Positions 28,168-36,419 of a stretch of DNA of 64,000 bases are shown one piece after another. The DNA lies in the NCBI GenBank assembly GCA_009991965.1, contig JAACWQ010000002.1, positions 17,617 to 81,616 of the forward strand, in the 5' to 3' direction. This stretch comes from Minisyncoccota bacterium (lineage in GTDB: Bacteria; Patescibacteriota; Microgenomatia; UBA1400; PJMF01). Under the pieces are notes generated by a model. The model did no database searches, was not told the DNA's origin, and saw only the letters and a program-made list of their open reading frames with translations. The position numbers and the translations under genes were made by a program. Each line of letters opens with the position of its first letter. Within the stretch, counting starts at the first letter, position 1.

Positions 28168-29136
28168 ATGTCAAATTTTGAACGTCAAAACAGTAACCCA
28201 GTCAATCGAGCAAGTTTGTCTAAGGAAGAAGCTGAAAGACATTGGCCACAGGGTCGACCAGAGGCAATTGTTTTTGCTTCAGCAAGTTTACGCAAGGGTT
28301 TATTGTTGCATTTATGGTTGCAACTGCTCGGTGGGACAAGCCCAGGAAAAAGTATAACTCCAGATTTTGTTGGAGAGGTACAACTTGATTTTTCAAGTCC
28401 TCTTGCTTTTCAGCAGTCTGTTGAGGCTCAAATCCGAAATGGTGATGGCACTGCAATACAATCAGTATTAATTGGCTATTTGTATGGTGTGCCAATTATC
28501 CTTGATCCGCAGAATGGAGAAACTAGAAGCAATAACGCCCTAGGAGAGTCAGAAAATAAAATTGCGTCAGTGAGTGAAAGATACGCAGGAAAAGATGTAA
28601 TTATTTTTGCTTGCGACACCGTTGGGGAAGTCGAAAAAACAAACAACAGTTGGATACGTTTTGGAAAGCCAAGAAATGAACCTGAGTTTGCAGAGAACGT
28701 AAAGAGTCTTGGCTCTGAGGTATGGAAGCTTTTTTATCTTTGGGATCATTACTGGAGAAGTGACGGGGCCCCAGTTCCTTTAAAACACACCAATGCATTA
28801 CTTGTAAAATATGCAGAAAAGAAGGTATCTTCCAACACAACTCTTAGTTTGGAAGTTCCCCATGACTTTGATCGTGTATTTACATTTTTTACTGTATTCT
28901 TGGAATCTGGCGGAGGTGGGATATTTCAGCAGCTTATTGATTGGACCAACAATACTCTTGATAAAATTTCAGACTTAGAAATGAAGCGAGCTTTGGCGCA
29001 ACTACCTGAGGAGCAGCAACCTTGGTATTTGATGTTCGACATTATGGGAGTGCAGGCATGGCAACTTTTGGAGGTGTTGAGCGAAGTAGCAGGCTTGCAG
29101 TATACTGATCTAGAAACAGAAAGTGTACATACATGA
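28168..29136 (+). CDS. Maf-like (putative nucleoside-triphosphate pyrophosphatase) domain protein, unusually long
   Basis: IVFASASLRKGLL ~ Maf LxLASxSPRRxELL; IIFACDTVGEVEK...RFGKPRNEPE ~ Maf ADTVV...ILGKPxD; GGGGIFQQLI ~ Maf GLGGxFVxKI. It carries insertions and a ~100-aa C-terminal extension. Its stop overlaps the tmk start as ATGA. Confidence 0.4.
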   Translation: MSNFERQNSNPVNRASLSKEEAERHWPQGRPEAIVFASASLRKGLLLHLWLQLLGGTSPGKSITPDFVGEVQLDFSSPLAFQQSVEAQIRNGDGTAIQSVLIGYLYGVPIILDPQNGETRSNNALGESENKIASVSERYAGKDVIIFACDTVGEVEKTNNSWIRFGKPRNEPEFAENVKSLGSEVWKLFYLWDHYWRSDGAPVPLKHTNALLVKYAEKKVSSNTTLSLEVPHDFDRVFTFFTVFLESGGGGIFQQLIDWTNNTLDKISDLEMKRALAQLPEEQQPWYLMFDIMGVQAWQLLEVLSEVAGLQYTDLETESVHT

Positions 29137-29771
29137 CAAATCAGAAAACTCTCGGCCTCCTCATCACCCTCGAAGGTGGCGAAGGTGGTGGCAAAACCAC
29201 TCAAATCGTTCGCTTGCGCGACAAACTAACTGCTCTTGGCAAGGATGTAATTGCACTCCGTGAGCCTGGTGGCACAACGGTGAGCGAACAGATTCGTGAG
29301 GTAGTCCTCTCGGCCAAAAATGCAGGTATGGCGTATACAACGGAAGTACTGTTATTTCAGGCAGCGCGTGCCCAGATTTATCGTGAAATTGTGTTGCCTT
29401 CGCTTGCCGCGGGCAAAGTCGTGCTGATGGATCGTTCACGCGACAGTAGTGTGGTGTACCAAGGTATCGTTCGGGGATTTGGTCGTGAGCTAATCGATCA
29501 ACTCAATGATATTTCGACCAAAAATACGTTGCCAGCACTAACTATTTTACTGGATGTACCAGTGCCAACAGGACTTGCTCGGGTAGCAGAGGCGGGCAAC
29601 AATAATCGTATGGAGATGCAGGGGACAGAGTTTCATGAAAAAGTCCGTCAGGCATATTTAGATTTGGCCAAAGCAGATACGACTGGTCGCTGGAAAATTA
29701 TCGACGCGAGTCAATCACTCGAAGCAGTCGAGGCAGCCATTTGGCAGGCTACTCAAAATATCTTCCCTTGA
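29133..29771 (+). CDS. tmk: thymidylate kinase
   Basis: LITLEGGEGGGKTTQ P-loop, DRSRDSSVVYQG and the LID region. Confidence 0.9.
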   Translation: MTNQKTLGLLITLEGGEGGGKTTQIVRLRDKLTALGKDVIALREPGGTTVSEQIREVVLSAKNAGMAYTTEVLLFQAARAQIYREIVLPSLAAGKVVLMDRSRDSSVVYQGIVRGFGRELIDQLNDISTKNTLPALTILLDVPVPTGLARVAEAGNNNRMEMQGTEFHEKVRQAYLDLAKADTTGRWKIIDASQSLEAVEAAIWQATQNIFP

Positions 29772-30312
29772 GCACAAAGAGTAACAATATCGACGCAAGA
29801 GCGATTGGTATGAGGTACGCTGCCTGGTTGAGGGAGACTGCCTGACCGGTGAGATAAAAAAGTGGCGCGGTTGTAATCAAGTGTGCTAGATGATAGCCAA
29901 GCATAAATTTCCAACGTGGCAGTCTGAGTAGTGGTGCGCCCCAGATGAGGGCGTCTGATAGCATGCCAGTACCAGCTAGTCGTAGCATGAATGACGTTTC
30001 GACTTCACGCGTCGGCTTAATTTTGATACTTGCCAATTTTGTCAGAATTTTTTGGCCAAAAATACGTCCGATGATTTTTGTCCCATAGCGCGCGCTGATA
30101 CTATAAGCAATGTTCGCCGCGACGAAACTACCAGATATATCAATTAAATATGCGGGTAACCAACCGATGACAGGAATGGCGGTGAGGGTAAAGAGGCCAC
30201 CGGGAACGAGGGGAATGATCAGCCCGAGCATCTTGGCCACAAAAATGGCAGGCAAATAGACGAAGAGGTTGGATTGCAGAAAGGCAATGAGTTCGAGCAA
30301 CATGTCTGGCAT
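29749..30312 (-). CDS. DedA/VTT (TVP38-like) family membrane protein
   Basis: Polytopic membrane protein, ~187 aa from MPDMLLEL, with a DedA-like topology. The listed 30378 start would overlap recR. Confidence 0.45.
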   Translation of the reverse strand: MPDMLLELIAFLQSNLFVYLPAIFVAKMLGLIIPLVPGGLFTLTAIPVIGWLPAYLIDISGSFVAANIAYSISARYGTKIIGRIFGQKILTKLASIKIKPTREVETSFMLRLAGTGMLSDALIWGAPLLRLPRWKFMLGYHLAHLITTAPLFYLTGQAVSLNQAAYLIPIALASILLLFVLKGRYFE

Positions 30313-30343
30313 AGTTCTACTTTGTATTCTATAGTATGGCGGT

Positions 30344-30955
30344 ATGTTCAAACTTCCCCGCGCTGTTCGCGAACTCACCGAGACTTTTGAGCGCCTGCCA
30401 GGTATCGGGCCGAAGTCTGCCCAGCGTCTGGTTTTTTACCTGTTACACAACCCAGAGCAGAAGTTACAAGAGTTTGCCGATCGACTGACGGCCCTCAAGC
30501 GCGAGACGGTCTTGTGCAGTCAGTGTCACACGGTCAGCGAGCACGATCCTTGTAGCATTTGCGACGATCCCAACCGAGACAGAAGTATTTTGTGCGTGGT
30601 GGAGCAGCCGTTGGATTTGGTAGCACTCGAACGCTCGGAGTCGTTTAATGGGATTTATCATGTTCTGCATGGCTCGATTGCGCCACTCAATAATATTGGG
30701 CCGGACCAGCTTTTTTTACACGACATCGTCAATCGTATGGAGGGAGTTGAGGAGCTGATTTTTGCGACCAACCCGACTATGGAAGGTGAAGCGACAGCGC
30801 TGTATATTAAAGAGTTTCTGGAACAGTCAACCAAAGTAGATACGACGACAATTACAATCACGCGCATTGGCCACGGCTTGCCGATTGGGGCTGATATCGA
30901 GTATGCCGACGGCGTGACGCTCAAGCGGGCGTTGGAGGGTAGGAGGGGGTTATGA
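30344..30955 (+). CDS. recR: recombination protein RecR
   Basis: LPGIGPKSAQRL helix-hairpin-helix, CSQCHTVSEHDPCSIC zinc finger, Toprim domain. Confidence 0.9.
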   Translation: MFKLPRAVRELTETFERLPGIGPKSAQRLVFYLLHNPEQKLQEFADRLTALKRETVLCSQCHTVSEHDPCSICDDPNRDRSILCVVEQPLDLVALERSESFNGIYHVLHGSIAPLNNIGPDQLFLHDIVNRMEGVEELIFATNPTMEGEATALYIKEFLEQSTKVDTTTITITRIGHGLPIGADIEYADGVTLKRALEGRRGL

Positions 30956-31348
30956 CCTTTTTTCTTTGTCTAACTTTTTGTCAAACGTGAGTAGTTCATG
31001 GGCGTTTAGTTTTGAATAGGCAAGAAGATAGCTATCTACAAAGTGCAAGCCTTTTTTGTACCATTGCCATAAGTTTGTTATCACTGAGCGTTCCTCAACG
31101 ACAAGCCATTTTTGTGCAGCAACAGATTCTAGCGCTACAGCCACTTCTTCGGTACTTTTTTTATACACTGATTGCAACACAAAACTTGTTTCTGCCAATA
31201 CTATTGGTTTGAGAATGAGCTTTATTTTTCCAGACTGAGCTTGTTTGAACCACTCCTTCGCTAGCTCTTGTTGGCTTTTGTTATCTCCTACCAAAAAACG
31301 CACTAAAATATTGGTGTCTACCAAGTAGCTTTTCACTCTTGTGCCCAT
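30950..31348 (-). CDS. vapC: PIN-domain ribonuclease toxin (VapC-like)
   Basis: YLVDTNILV with the N-terminal Asp; conserved acidic residues later (AETSF..., FVDSYLL). 132 aa. Overlaps the upstream antitoxin by 16 nt. Confidence 0.8.
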   Translation of the reverse strand: MGTRVKSYLVDTNILVRFLVGDNKSQQELAKEWFKQAQSGKIKLILKPIVLAETSFVLQSVYKKSTEEVAVALESVAAQKWLVVEERSVITNLWQWYKKGLHFVDSYLLAYSKLNAHELLTFDKKLDKEKRS

Positions 31349-31575
31349 GTAGTTTCAAACTTTTTTCTTGCTTCTTTGAGCTGCTTGTCAGTTAATTTTA
31401 TATCAGACGCAAGCGATCCCTCAAGCGACCAAAAATCTTTTTTTGGTTTGACTATAATTGTGTCGTCTACCACTTGAATAGTGGCTTTTGCACTCCCAAG
31501 TATGCCAAATAGCTCTCGAATAGCTTTTGGAATAGTTAATTGTCCCTGACTAGTAATAGAAACAGTGTTTTGCAT
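31333..31575 (-). CDS. vapB: AbrB/MazE/SpoVT-type antitoxin (VapB-like)
   Basis: 80 aa; ...ITSQGQLTIPKAIRE... is the looped-hinge-helix (swapped-hairpin) motif. Lies upstream of the PIN gene. Confidence 0.7.
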   Translation of the reverse strand: MQNTVSITSQGQLTIPKAIRELFGILGSAKATIQVVDDTIIVKPKKDFWSLEGSLASDIKLTDKQLKEARKKFETTWAQE

Positions 31576-31627
31576 TACATTACTTTAACTTAAAAATAAT
31601 GCAAAGTCAATTAATAGTTTAAAAACT

Positions 31628-31656
31628 TTGTGCTACCATAGCACCAAGCCTATGAT
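31628..31656 (+). promoter_or_regulatory. candidate sigma70-type promoter of hpf (TTGTGC-17-TATGAT), overlapped by the palindrome GTGCTAccaTAGCAC (31630-31644)
   Basis: Hexamers and the 17-nt spacer read directly from the sequence. The palindrome lies in the divergent vapB/hpf intergenic region. Confidence 0.4.
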
Positions 31657-31680
31657 TCTTGTTCAAATTTTGTAGTTCAA

Positions 31681-31706
31681 CCACCCAAACGTAGGGGTGG
31701 TTTTTT
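31681..31706 (+). terminator. intrinsic-terminator-like hairpin CCACCC-aaacgtag-GGGTGG followed by TTTTTT, within the hpf 5' leader, 16 nt before the AAGGAGG ribosome-binding site
   Basis: Read directly from the sequence; the T-run is on the plus strand only. Confidence 0.4.
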
Positions 31707-31722
31707 GTAAAAGGAGGACGCT

Positions 31723-32034
31723 ATGCAGCTCCAGGTTTCATCCAAACATATGGACGTGACGCCGGCTATCCGCGAGTTTGCGCGCAAACAGGCGGGGAAG
31801 CTCGTCCGGTTGAGCAAAAAAATCACTGGAGCGCGGCTTTTTCTTGAAACAGTACCAAAAAAACACAACGACCCGCAAGCAAATACAGTCACTTATGAAG
31901 TTGAGGTACCGGGTAAAAATGTGGTGGTCACAGCTCATGCGAGAGATCTGTATCAGGCGATTGTGGTGGCGACCAACTCTGCGGCCAGACAGGTACGCAA
32001 AGTATTTGAAAAAAGACGAACCATGCGTCGCTAG
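31723..32034 (+). CDS. hpf: ribosome hibernation promoting factor (RaiA/HPF, short form)
   Basis: MQLQVSSKHMDVTPAIREFARKQ...VVVTAHARDLYQAI is the S30AE/HPF family. Strong AAGGAGG ribosome-binding site. Confidence 0.85.
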   Translation: MQLQVSSKHMDVTPAIREFARKQAGKLVRLSKKITGARLFLETVPKKHNDPQANTVTYEVEVPGKNVVVTAHARDLYQAIVVATNSAARQVRKVFEKRRTMRR

Positions 32035-32080
32035 ACGTTTGCTTGCACTCGACTAGCAAATTCAGGTACCATGGTGGTAT

Positions 32081-32428
32081 ATGACAGATGACCAACAACA
32101 AGATCCACTCAAGGCCCTCGAAGATTTGATTGCCCAGCGTAAAGCGGGAGTAGCGCCACCTCCAGCCGACGCGCCACCTGCAGAACCATCACCGCCACAA
32201 ATAGATACCGAAGCGATGCGGGCAGAGGCCAAAGCCAAAGATGAGGTTGATATCGCGGCCAAGCGCCAAGAATTTGCAGACCTCAAACAAACCTCGCCAC
32301 AGGTCCAGGCAGCGACAGAGCAAAAACAGGCGGCAGATGAAGCGCAAACAGAAGCGGACGCATTTACTGATGACTTCCAAATTCGCCAAATTGATCACAC
32401 GACAATTCCAGATGAGGCTGGGACATGA
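32081..32428 (+). CDS. acidic low-complexity hypothetical protein
   Basis: 115 aa rich in Ala, Pro, Glu, Asp and Gln. ATGA-coupled to the next ORF. Confidence 0.4.
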   Translation: MTDDQQQDPLKALEDLIAQRKAGVAPPPADAPPAEPSPPQIDTEAMRAEAKAKDEVDIAAKRQEFADLKQTSPQVQAATEQKQAADEAQTEADAFTDDFQIRQIDHTTIPDEAGT

Positions 32429-33060
32429 GCGCACTTGGCCAAAAGCCACCGGCTACTCGCTCGCGCCCAGGTGGCGGATTTAATCAAGGACTCGGGCAAT
32501 TTAGTGACGAGCACCTCGAAGAAAACGCGAGCCAGGCTAGTGTTCAGCAAAAGCAACTTGCCCAGCAACAAACACAAATAGCTGGCACACCCAATCCGGC
32601 ACAGAAAAGTACCGGCCAGCAGCCGATACAAGATCGACAGCCACGAGAAGTAGGCACAATTCTCGATGAAACAGTCTTTCGTCCAGTGCAAGATGTGGCC
32701 ATGGAGCTGATTCGTTTTTTTGATATTGGGACAATTTTGCAAATCAATCCGCAAACAGATACTCCAGAAGAGCAGGCAAAGAAAAAACAGCTCCATGCGC
32801 GTTACGAGCAATTGACTCAAGAGCAGCAGCAGGTAGCCCAGCGCAATTTTCAGGAAGCGCAGCAGCGCAAACAGCAACAAGCGGAAGAGGATCTACAGAA
32901 AAAACAGCTGGAGGAGCAGCAAAATCAGTCATTTGTTGTGCCGACCTCACCGCAAAAAGGACCAGTTGGTCCTGCCAGTGGCAAGTCGAACAAACAAAAT
33001 ATGATCGCTAAGCTCAATCAGGATCGACAACAGATGAGTCAGGCTCAGGGAGCTGGGTAA
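32425..33060 (+). CDS. Gln-rich hypothetical protein
   Basis: 211 aa, Q-rich and coiled-coil-like (QQQVAQRNFQEAQQRKQQQAEEDLQKKQLEEQQNQ). Confidence 0.4.
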   Translation: MSALGQKPPATRSRPGGGFNQGLGQFSDEHLEENASQASVQQKQLAQQQTQIAGTPNPAQKSTGQQPIQDRQPREVGTILDETVFRPVQDVAMELIRFFDIGTILQINPQTDTPEEQAKKKQLHARYEQLTQEQQQVAQRNFQEAQQRKQQQAEEDLQKKQLEEQQNQSFVVPTSPQKGPVGPASGKSNKQNMIAKLNQDRQQMSQAQGAG

Positions 33061-33345
33061 GTTTTTTAATGGCGATTAGTAGGAAACGTTAGCATCTTTT
33101 GCACTGCTGCATTGTTGTCTACTTCTCCAAAAAGCACAGGCAAGAGTATGCAGAGTATCTGATCCAAAGTGTGGTGAGATTTAAGACTAGCTTCAACCGG
33201 AGTTGGAACCTGCTTGCCCGTCTTCACATTGATAATTTCTGTTGGATATTCTGTTTCGGCGATAATCATAACAACTTCTTTTTTCTCGAAGCTGTGGAGA
33301 TTATACTCCTATCTGGCGCAGGAGCAATTATAGTAGAATAGCCTC

Positions 33346-34710
33346 ATGCGTCTTTTCAATACCCTTTCTCGCAGTGTCGAAGATTTTGTCCCGTTACATG
33401 CGCCAAATGTTTCTCTCTATGCCTGCGGCCTGACGGTTTATGATTACACCCACTTGGGGCATTTACGCAAATATACGCTCGATGATGTGCTGGTGCGCAC
33501 ACTCAGACACGCAGGTTTCAAGGTCGAATTTGTCCAAAACATTACTGATGTTGGGCACCTGGTTTCTGACGCTGATACTGGCGAAGACAAGCTCGAGAAG
33601 GGTGCCAAAAAATACCACAAGTCTGTCTGGGATATCGCCAAAGAGTTTGAAGCCTATTTTTTCAAAAGCATGGACGGCATGGGCAATCTACGGCCAGATG
33701 TTAGTTGCAGAGCGACGGAGCATATTGAGGCCCAGATTGCGCTGGTGCAGAAACTAGAACAAAAAGGGTTTACCTATAAAATTGAGGATGACGGTATGTA
33801 TTTTGACACCAGCAAATTGCCCGATTATGGCAAGTTGAATCCTCAGGAGCTTTCACAACTTCGCGAAGGGGAACGTATTGGTGTGGTTGTAGGTAAAAAA
33901 AACCCGACTGATTTTGCACTGTGGAAATTTGAAAAGCCAGGTGAAGATCGCCAAATGAGTTGGCCGAGCCCCTGGAGTGAGCGAGGTTTTCCCGGCTGGC
34001 ATATCGAGTGTAGCGCCATGAGCATGCAGTATTTGGGCGAACAAATTGATATCCACACGGGTGGTATTGACCATATTCCTGTACACCATAGCAACGAGAT
34101 AGCGCAGTCCGAAGCGGCGACTGGCAAGGTGCCATTTGTGCGCTTTTGGGTGCATCACAATCACTTGCAAGTAGATGGGCAGAAGATGAGTAAGTCTTTG
34201 GGTAACTTTTTTACGATCGACGATGTTATAGAGCGCAAGTTTAATCCGCGAGCACTTCGTTTGCTATTTTTGCAGGGACAGTATCGAGATCAAATGAATT
34301 TTACCTGGGAATCGTTGGTGGCGGTACAGACTGCGTATGATCGGCTGGCGCGGCAGGTGCAAAGTTGGGGGAGCGAAGTGGCACAGTTGAGTCCACAAGC
34401 AGAAAAACTGCGTCAGGCATTTTTTGCAGCACTTGCAGATGATTTAAAAACCGCGCAAGCGATTGCGACGCTGTGGGAGATGACAAAGAGTGAATTGCCA
34501 GTTGGCGAAAAGTTGCAGTTGTTTCGTGAGTTTGATGCAGTTTTACAGCTGGGCTTCGAGAACATACAGTCAGTTGAGCTATCCGCTGAAATCCAGCAAC
34601 TGCTGCAAGAGCGAGACAAAGCTCGAGCAGAGAAAAATTGGCAGAAGGCTGATGAACTGCGAGAAAAATTGTCTGATCTTGGGCATATGGTTGCCGACAT
34701 AAAACTTTAG
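33346..34710 (+). CDS. cysS: cysteinyl-tRNA synthetase
   Basis: YACGLTVYDYTHLGHLRKY (HIGH region), KMSKSLGN (KMSKS), zinc ligands. Confidence 0.9.
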   Translation: MRLFNTLSRSVEDFVPLHAPNVSLYACGLTVYDYTHLGHLRKYTLDDVLVRTLRHAGFKVEFVQNITDVGHLVSDADTGEDKLEKGAKKYHKSVWDIAKEFEAYFFKSMDGMGNLRPDVSCRATEHIEAQIALVQKLEQKGFTYKIEDDGMYFDTSKLPDYGKLNPQELSQLREGERIGVVVGKKNPTDFALWKFEKPGEDRQMSWPSPWSERGFPGWHIECSAMSMQYLGEQIDIHTGGIDHIPVHHSNEIAQSEAATGKVPFVRFWVHHNHLQVDGQKMSKSLGNFFTIDDVIERKFNPRALRLLFLQGQYRDQMNFTWESLVAVQTAYDRLARQVQSWGSEVAQLSPQAEKLRQAFFAALADDLKTAQAIATLWEMTKSELPVGEKLQLFREFDAVLQLGFENIQSVELSAEIQQLLQERDKARAEKNWQKADELREKLSDLGHMVADIKL

Positions 34711-34726
34711 GAGGTATACTTTTTAT

Positions 34727-34930
34727 ATGACAAAACTAACAACAAAACGAAAATTAGTGCTGCCGCGGGAAGGTAAAAAAATCGCTGGTGTTTGCATGGC
34801 TTTTGCCAACTATTTTAATATCGACGTGACGCTTGTGCGGATTATCTGGGTGTTTTTGTTGCTGCCTGGTGGTTTACCAGGAATTATTCCCTATTTAATT
34901 TGCTGGGCTGTAATACCGAGTGAAAAATAG
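34727..34930 (+). CDS. PspC-domain membrane protein
   Basis: KIAGVCMAFANYFNIDVTLVRIIWVFLLLPGG is the PspC domain; 67 aa. Confidence 0.7.
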   Translation: MTKLTTKRKLVLPREGKKIAGVCMAFANYFNIDVTLVRIIWVFLLLPGGLPGIIPYLICWAVIPSEK

Positions 34931-36419
34931 CATATTTATTGTCCTGTTTGCGATTGCACTGCGCTTGGTACCGATTTGGGGTGGTGCGTTTCCGTTTATG
35001 TACGACCACGCGCGCGACAGTTTGGCTATCTGGGAAATGTGGGAGTTACACAAGCCAGCTCTGTTGGGAGCACAGACGAGTATTCCCGGTTTGTACTATG
35101 GTCCAGACTGGTATTATCTAGCGCTGCCGTTGAACGTACTTTTGGGCTTTCATCCAATTGCTGGTGTTTTGACCACAATAGTATTGGCAGCGCTCGCGCT
35201 CTATTTTGTTGCTCGTACGTTTGATAAAACAACTACTTTGTTATTGGCGACAAGTGTGGGGCTGATCGGCGCACAGCAATCGAGTTGGTCGCCGTATCTG
35301 ACGAGTATCACCAGTGTAGTTATTCTTGCACTGACACAGCAGTTGAGTCACTCAAAAGGCAACCGGCATTTTTGGTTGGCAGCTGCACTTGTTGGCACGC
35401 TCTCACTCAGTTTTCATTTTCAACCGGCCTTCGCTGTTGTACAGTTGCCGCTCGTTTTGTTTGCCTTGAGAGCAGAATTTAAAAAATACACTTGGAAACA
35501 ATTATTAGTATTGGTAGGAGTATTTGCTGCACCATTTTTGCCACAGGTTTTGTTTGAAGTTCGACATAATTTTCACCAGTCAACGCAATTGTGGCTATTT
35601 ATTTCTCAGTATGGAGCAGAGTCGGCACGGGTAGGACAGAACACAACTGGTATTGCTCGAGTATTTGAAGTAGGTCGCTATGTGTTTGATAGCGCCACCA
35701 GCGCATTTCCATTGCAAGTTCCTTTGGCAGGCTTTGCTTTACTTGGCGTATTTGGTTGGCAACGAAGAAAAAATCGAGCTGCAAAGGAGATTGATGTGGT
35801 TCTTGCACTTTCGTTGCTGATGATCATCGGCACATTTTTTCTCTATTTGTTTTTGCCTGCTAAATCGTACTACTTTGTTGGTCTGACTCCGTACTGGGTG
35901 TATGTTTTGGCAGTCGTTATTGGCAAATTTCGAGTAAATCAAAAGGTTGTTGTAACTACCATTGGAGTATTGGCGTTATTGCAACTTGGTCTGAGCCAGT
36001 CATCGAGACAAAACCTACTGCAAACCTCTAATGCATATGCATCAAAACAAGCGGTGATAGAAAAAATTGCTGAGCTCTCGAGTGGAGAGCCATTTACTGT
36101 GTACCACTACATTCCAGAATTATACGATTACACCTATCAGGTTTTGCACTACCGCCAACAACTGGCAAACGCTCAGTACCAACCAGTCGAAATTTCATAC
36201 GAACCTGGAAAATATTTGTATTTAGATGAGTACTCAACTGCGCAGTGGGTACCGGCGAAAAGTACTGAGCAAAGTAAACACACCTTTTTGGTGGTTGAAG
36301 CAGATGACCGAATAGAGCTAGTGATGGCTTGGTGGGAGCGGGTGTCTGTTGGGCAGGAAATAGCGAAGTCATATACAATTAATCCCAACATCACACTTTA
36401 TGAATACATTTTTCACTGA
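34920..36419 (+). CDS. GT-C fold membrane glycosyltransferase (GT39/ArnT/PMT-like), paralog 1
   Basis: Polytopic, 499 aa, N-terminal YDHARD in the first loop (the DxD-like motif of GT-C enzymes). Confidence 0.55.
   Translation: MKNSIFIVLFAIALRLVPIWGGAFPFMYDHARDSLAIWEMWELHKPALLGAQTSIPGLYYGPDWYYLALPLNVLLGFHPIAGVLTTIVLAALALYFVARTFDKTTTLLLATSVGLIGAQQSSWSPYLTSITSVVILALTQQLSHSKGNRHFWLAAALVGTLSLSFHFQPAFAVVQLPLVLFALRAEFKKYTWKQLLVLVGVFAAPFLPQVLFEVRHNFHQSTQLWLFISQYGAESARVGQNTTGIARVFEVGRYVFDSATSAFPLQVPLAGFALLGVFGWQRRKNRAAKEIDVVLALSLLMIIGTFFLYLFLPAKSYYFVGLTPYWVYVLAVVIGKFRVNQKVVVTTIGVLALLQLGLSQSSRQNLLQTSNAYASKQAVIEKIAELSSGEPFTVYHYIPELYDYTYQVLHYRQQLANAQYQPVEISYEPGKYLYLDEYSTAQWVPAKSTEQSKHTFLVVEADDRIELVMAWWERVSVGQEIAKSYTINPNITLYEYIFH

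Noticed and set aside
33066-33269. Minus-strand 67-aa ORF in the 285-bp gap before cysS
   Set aside because: Possible small protein (an AG-rich stretch precedes its ATG) but no recognisable family and it is competing with a plus-strand ORF. Not enough evidence to call. No T-box leader motif was found in this gap either.
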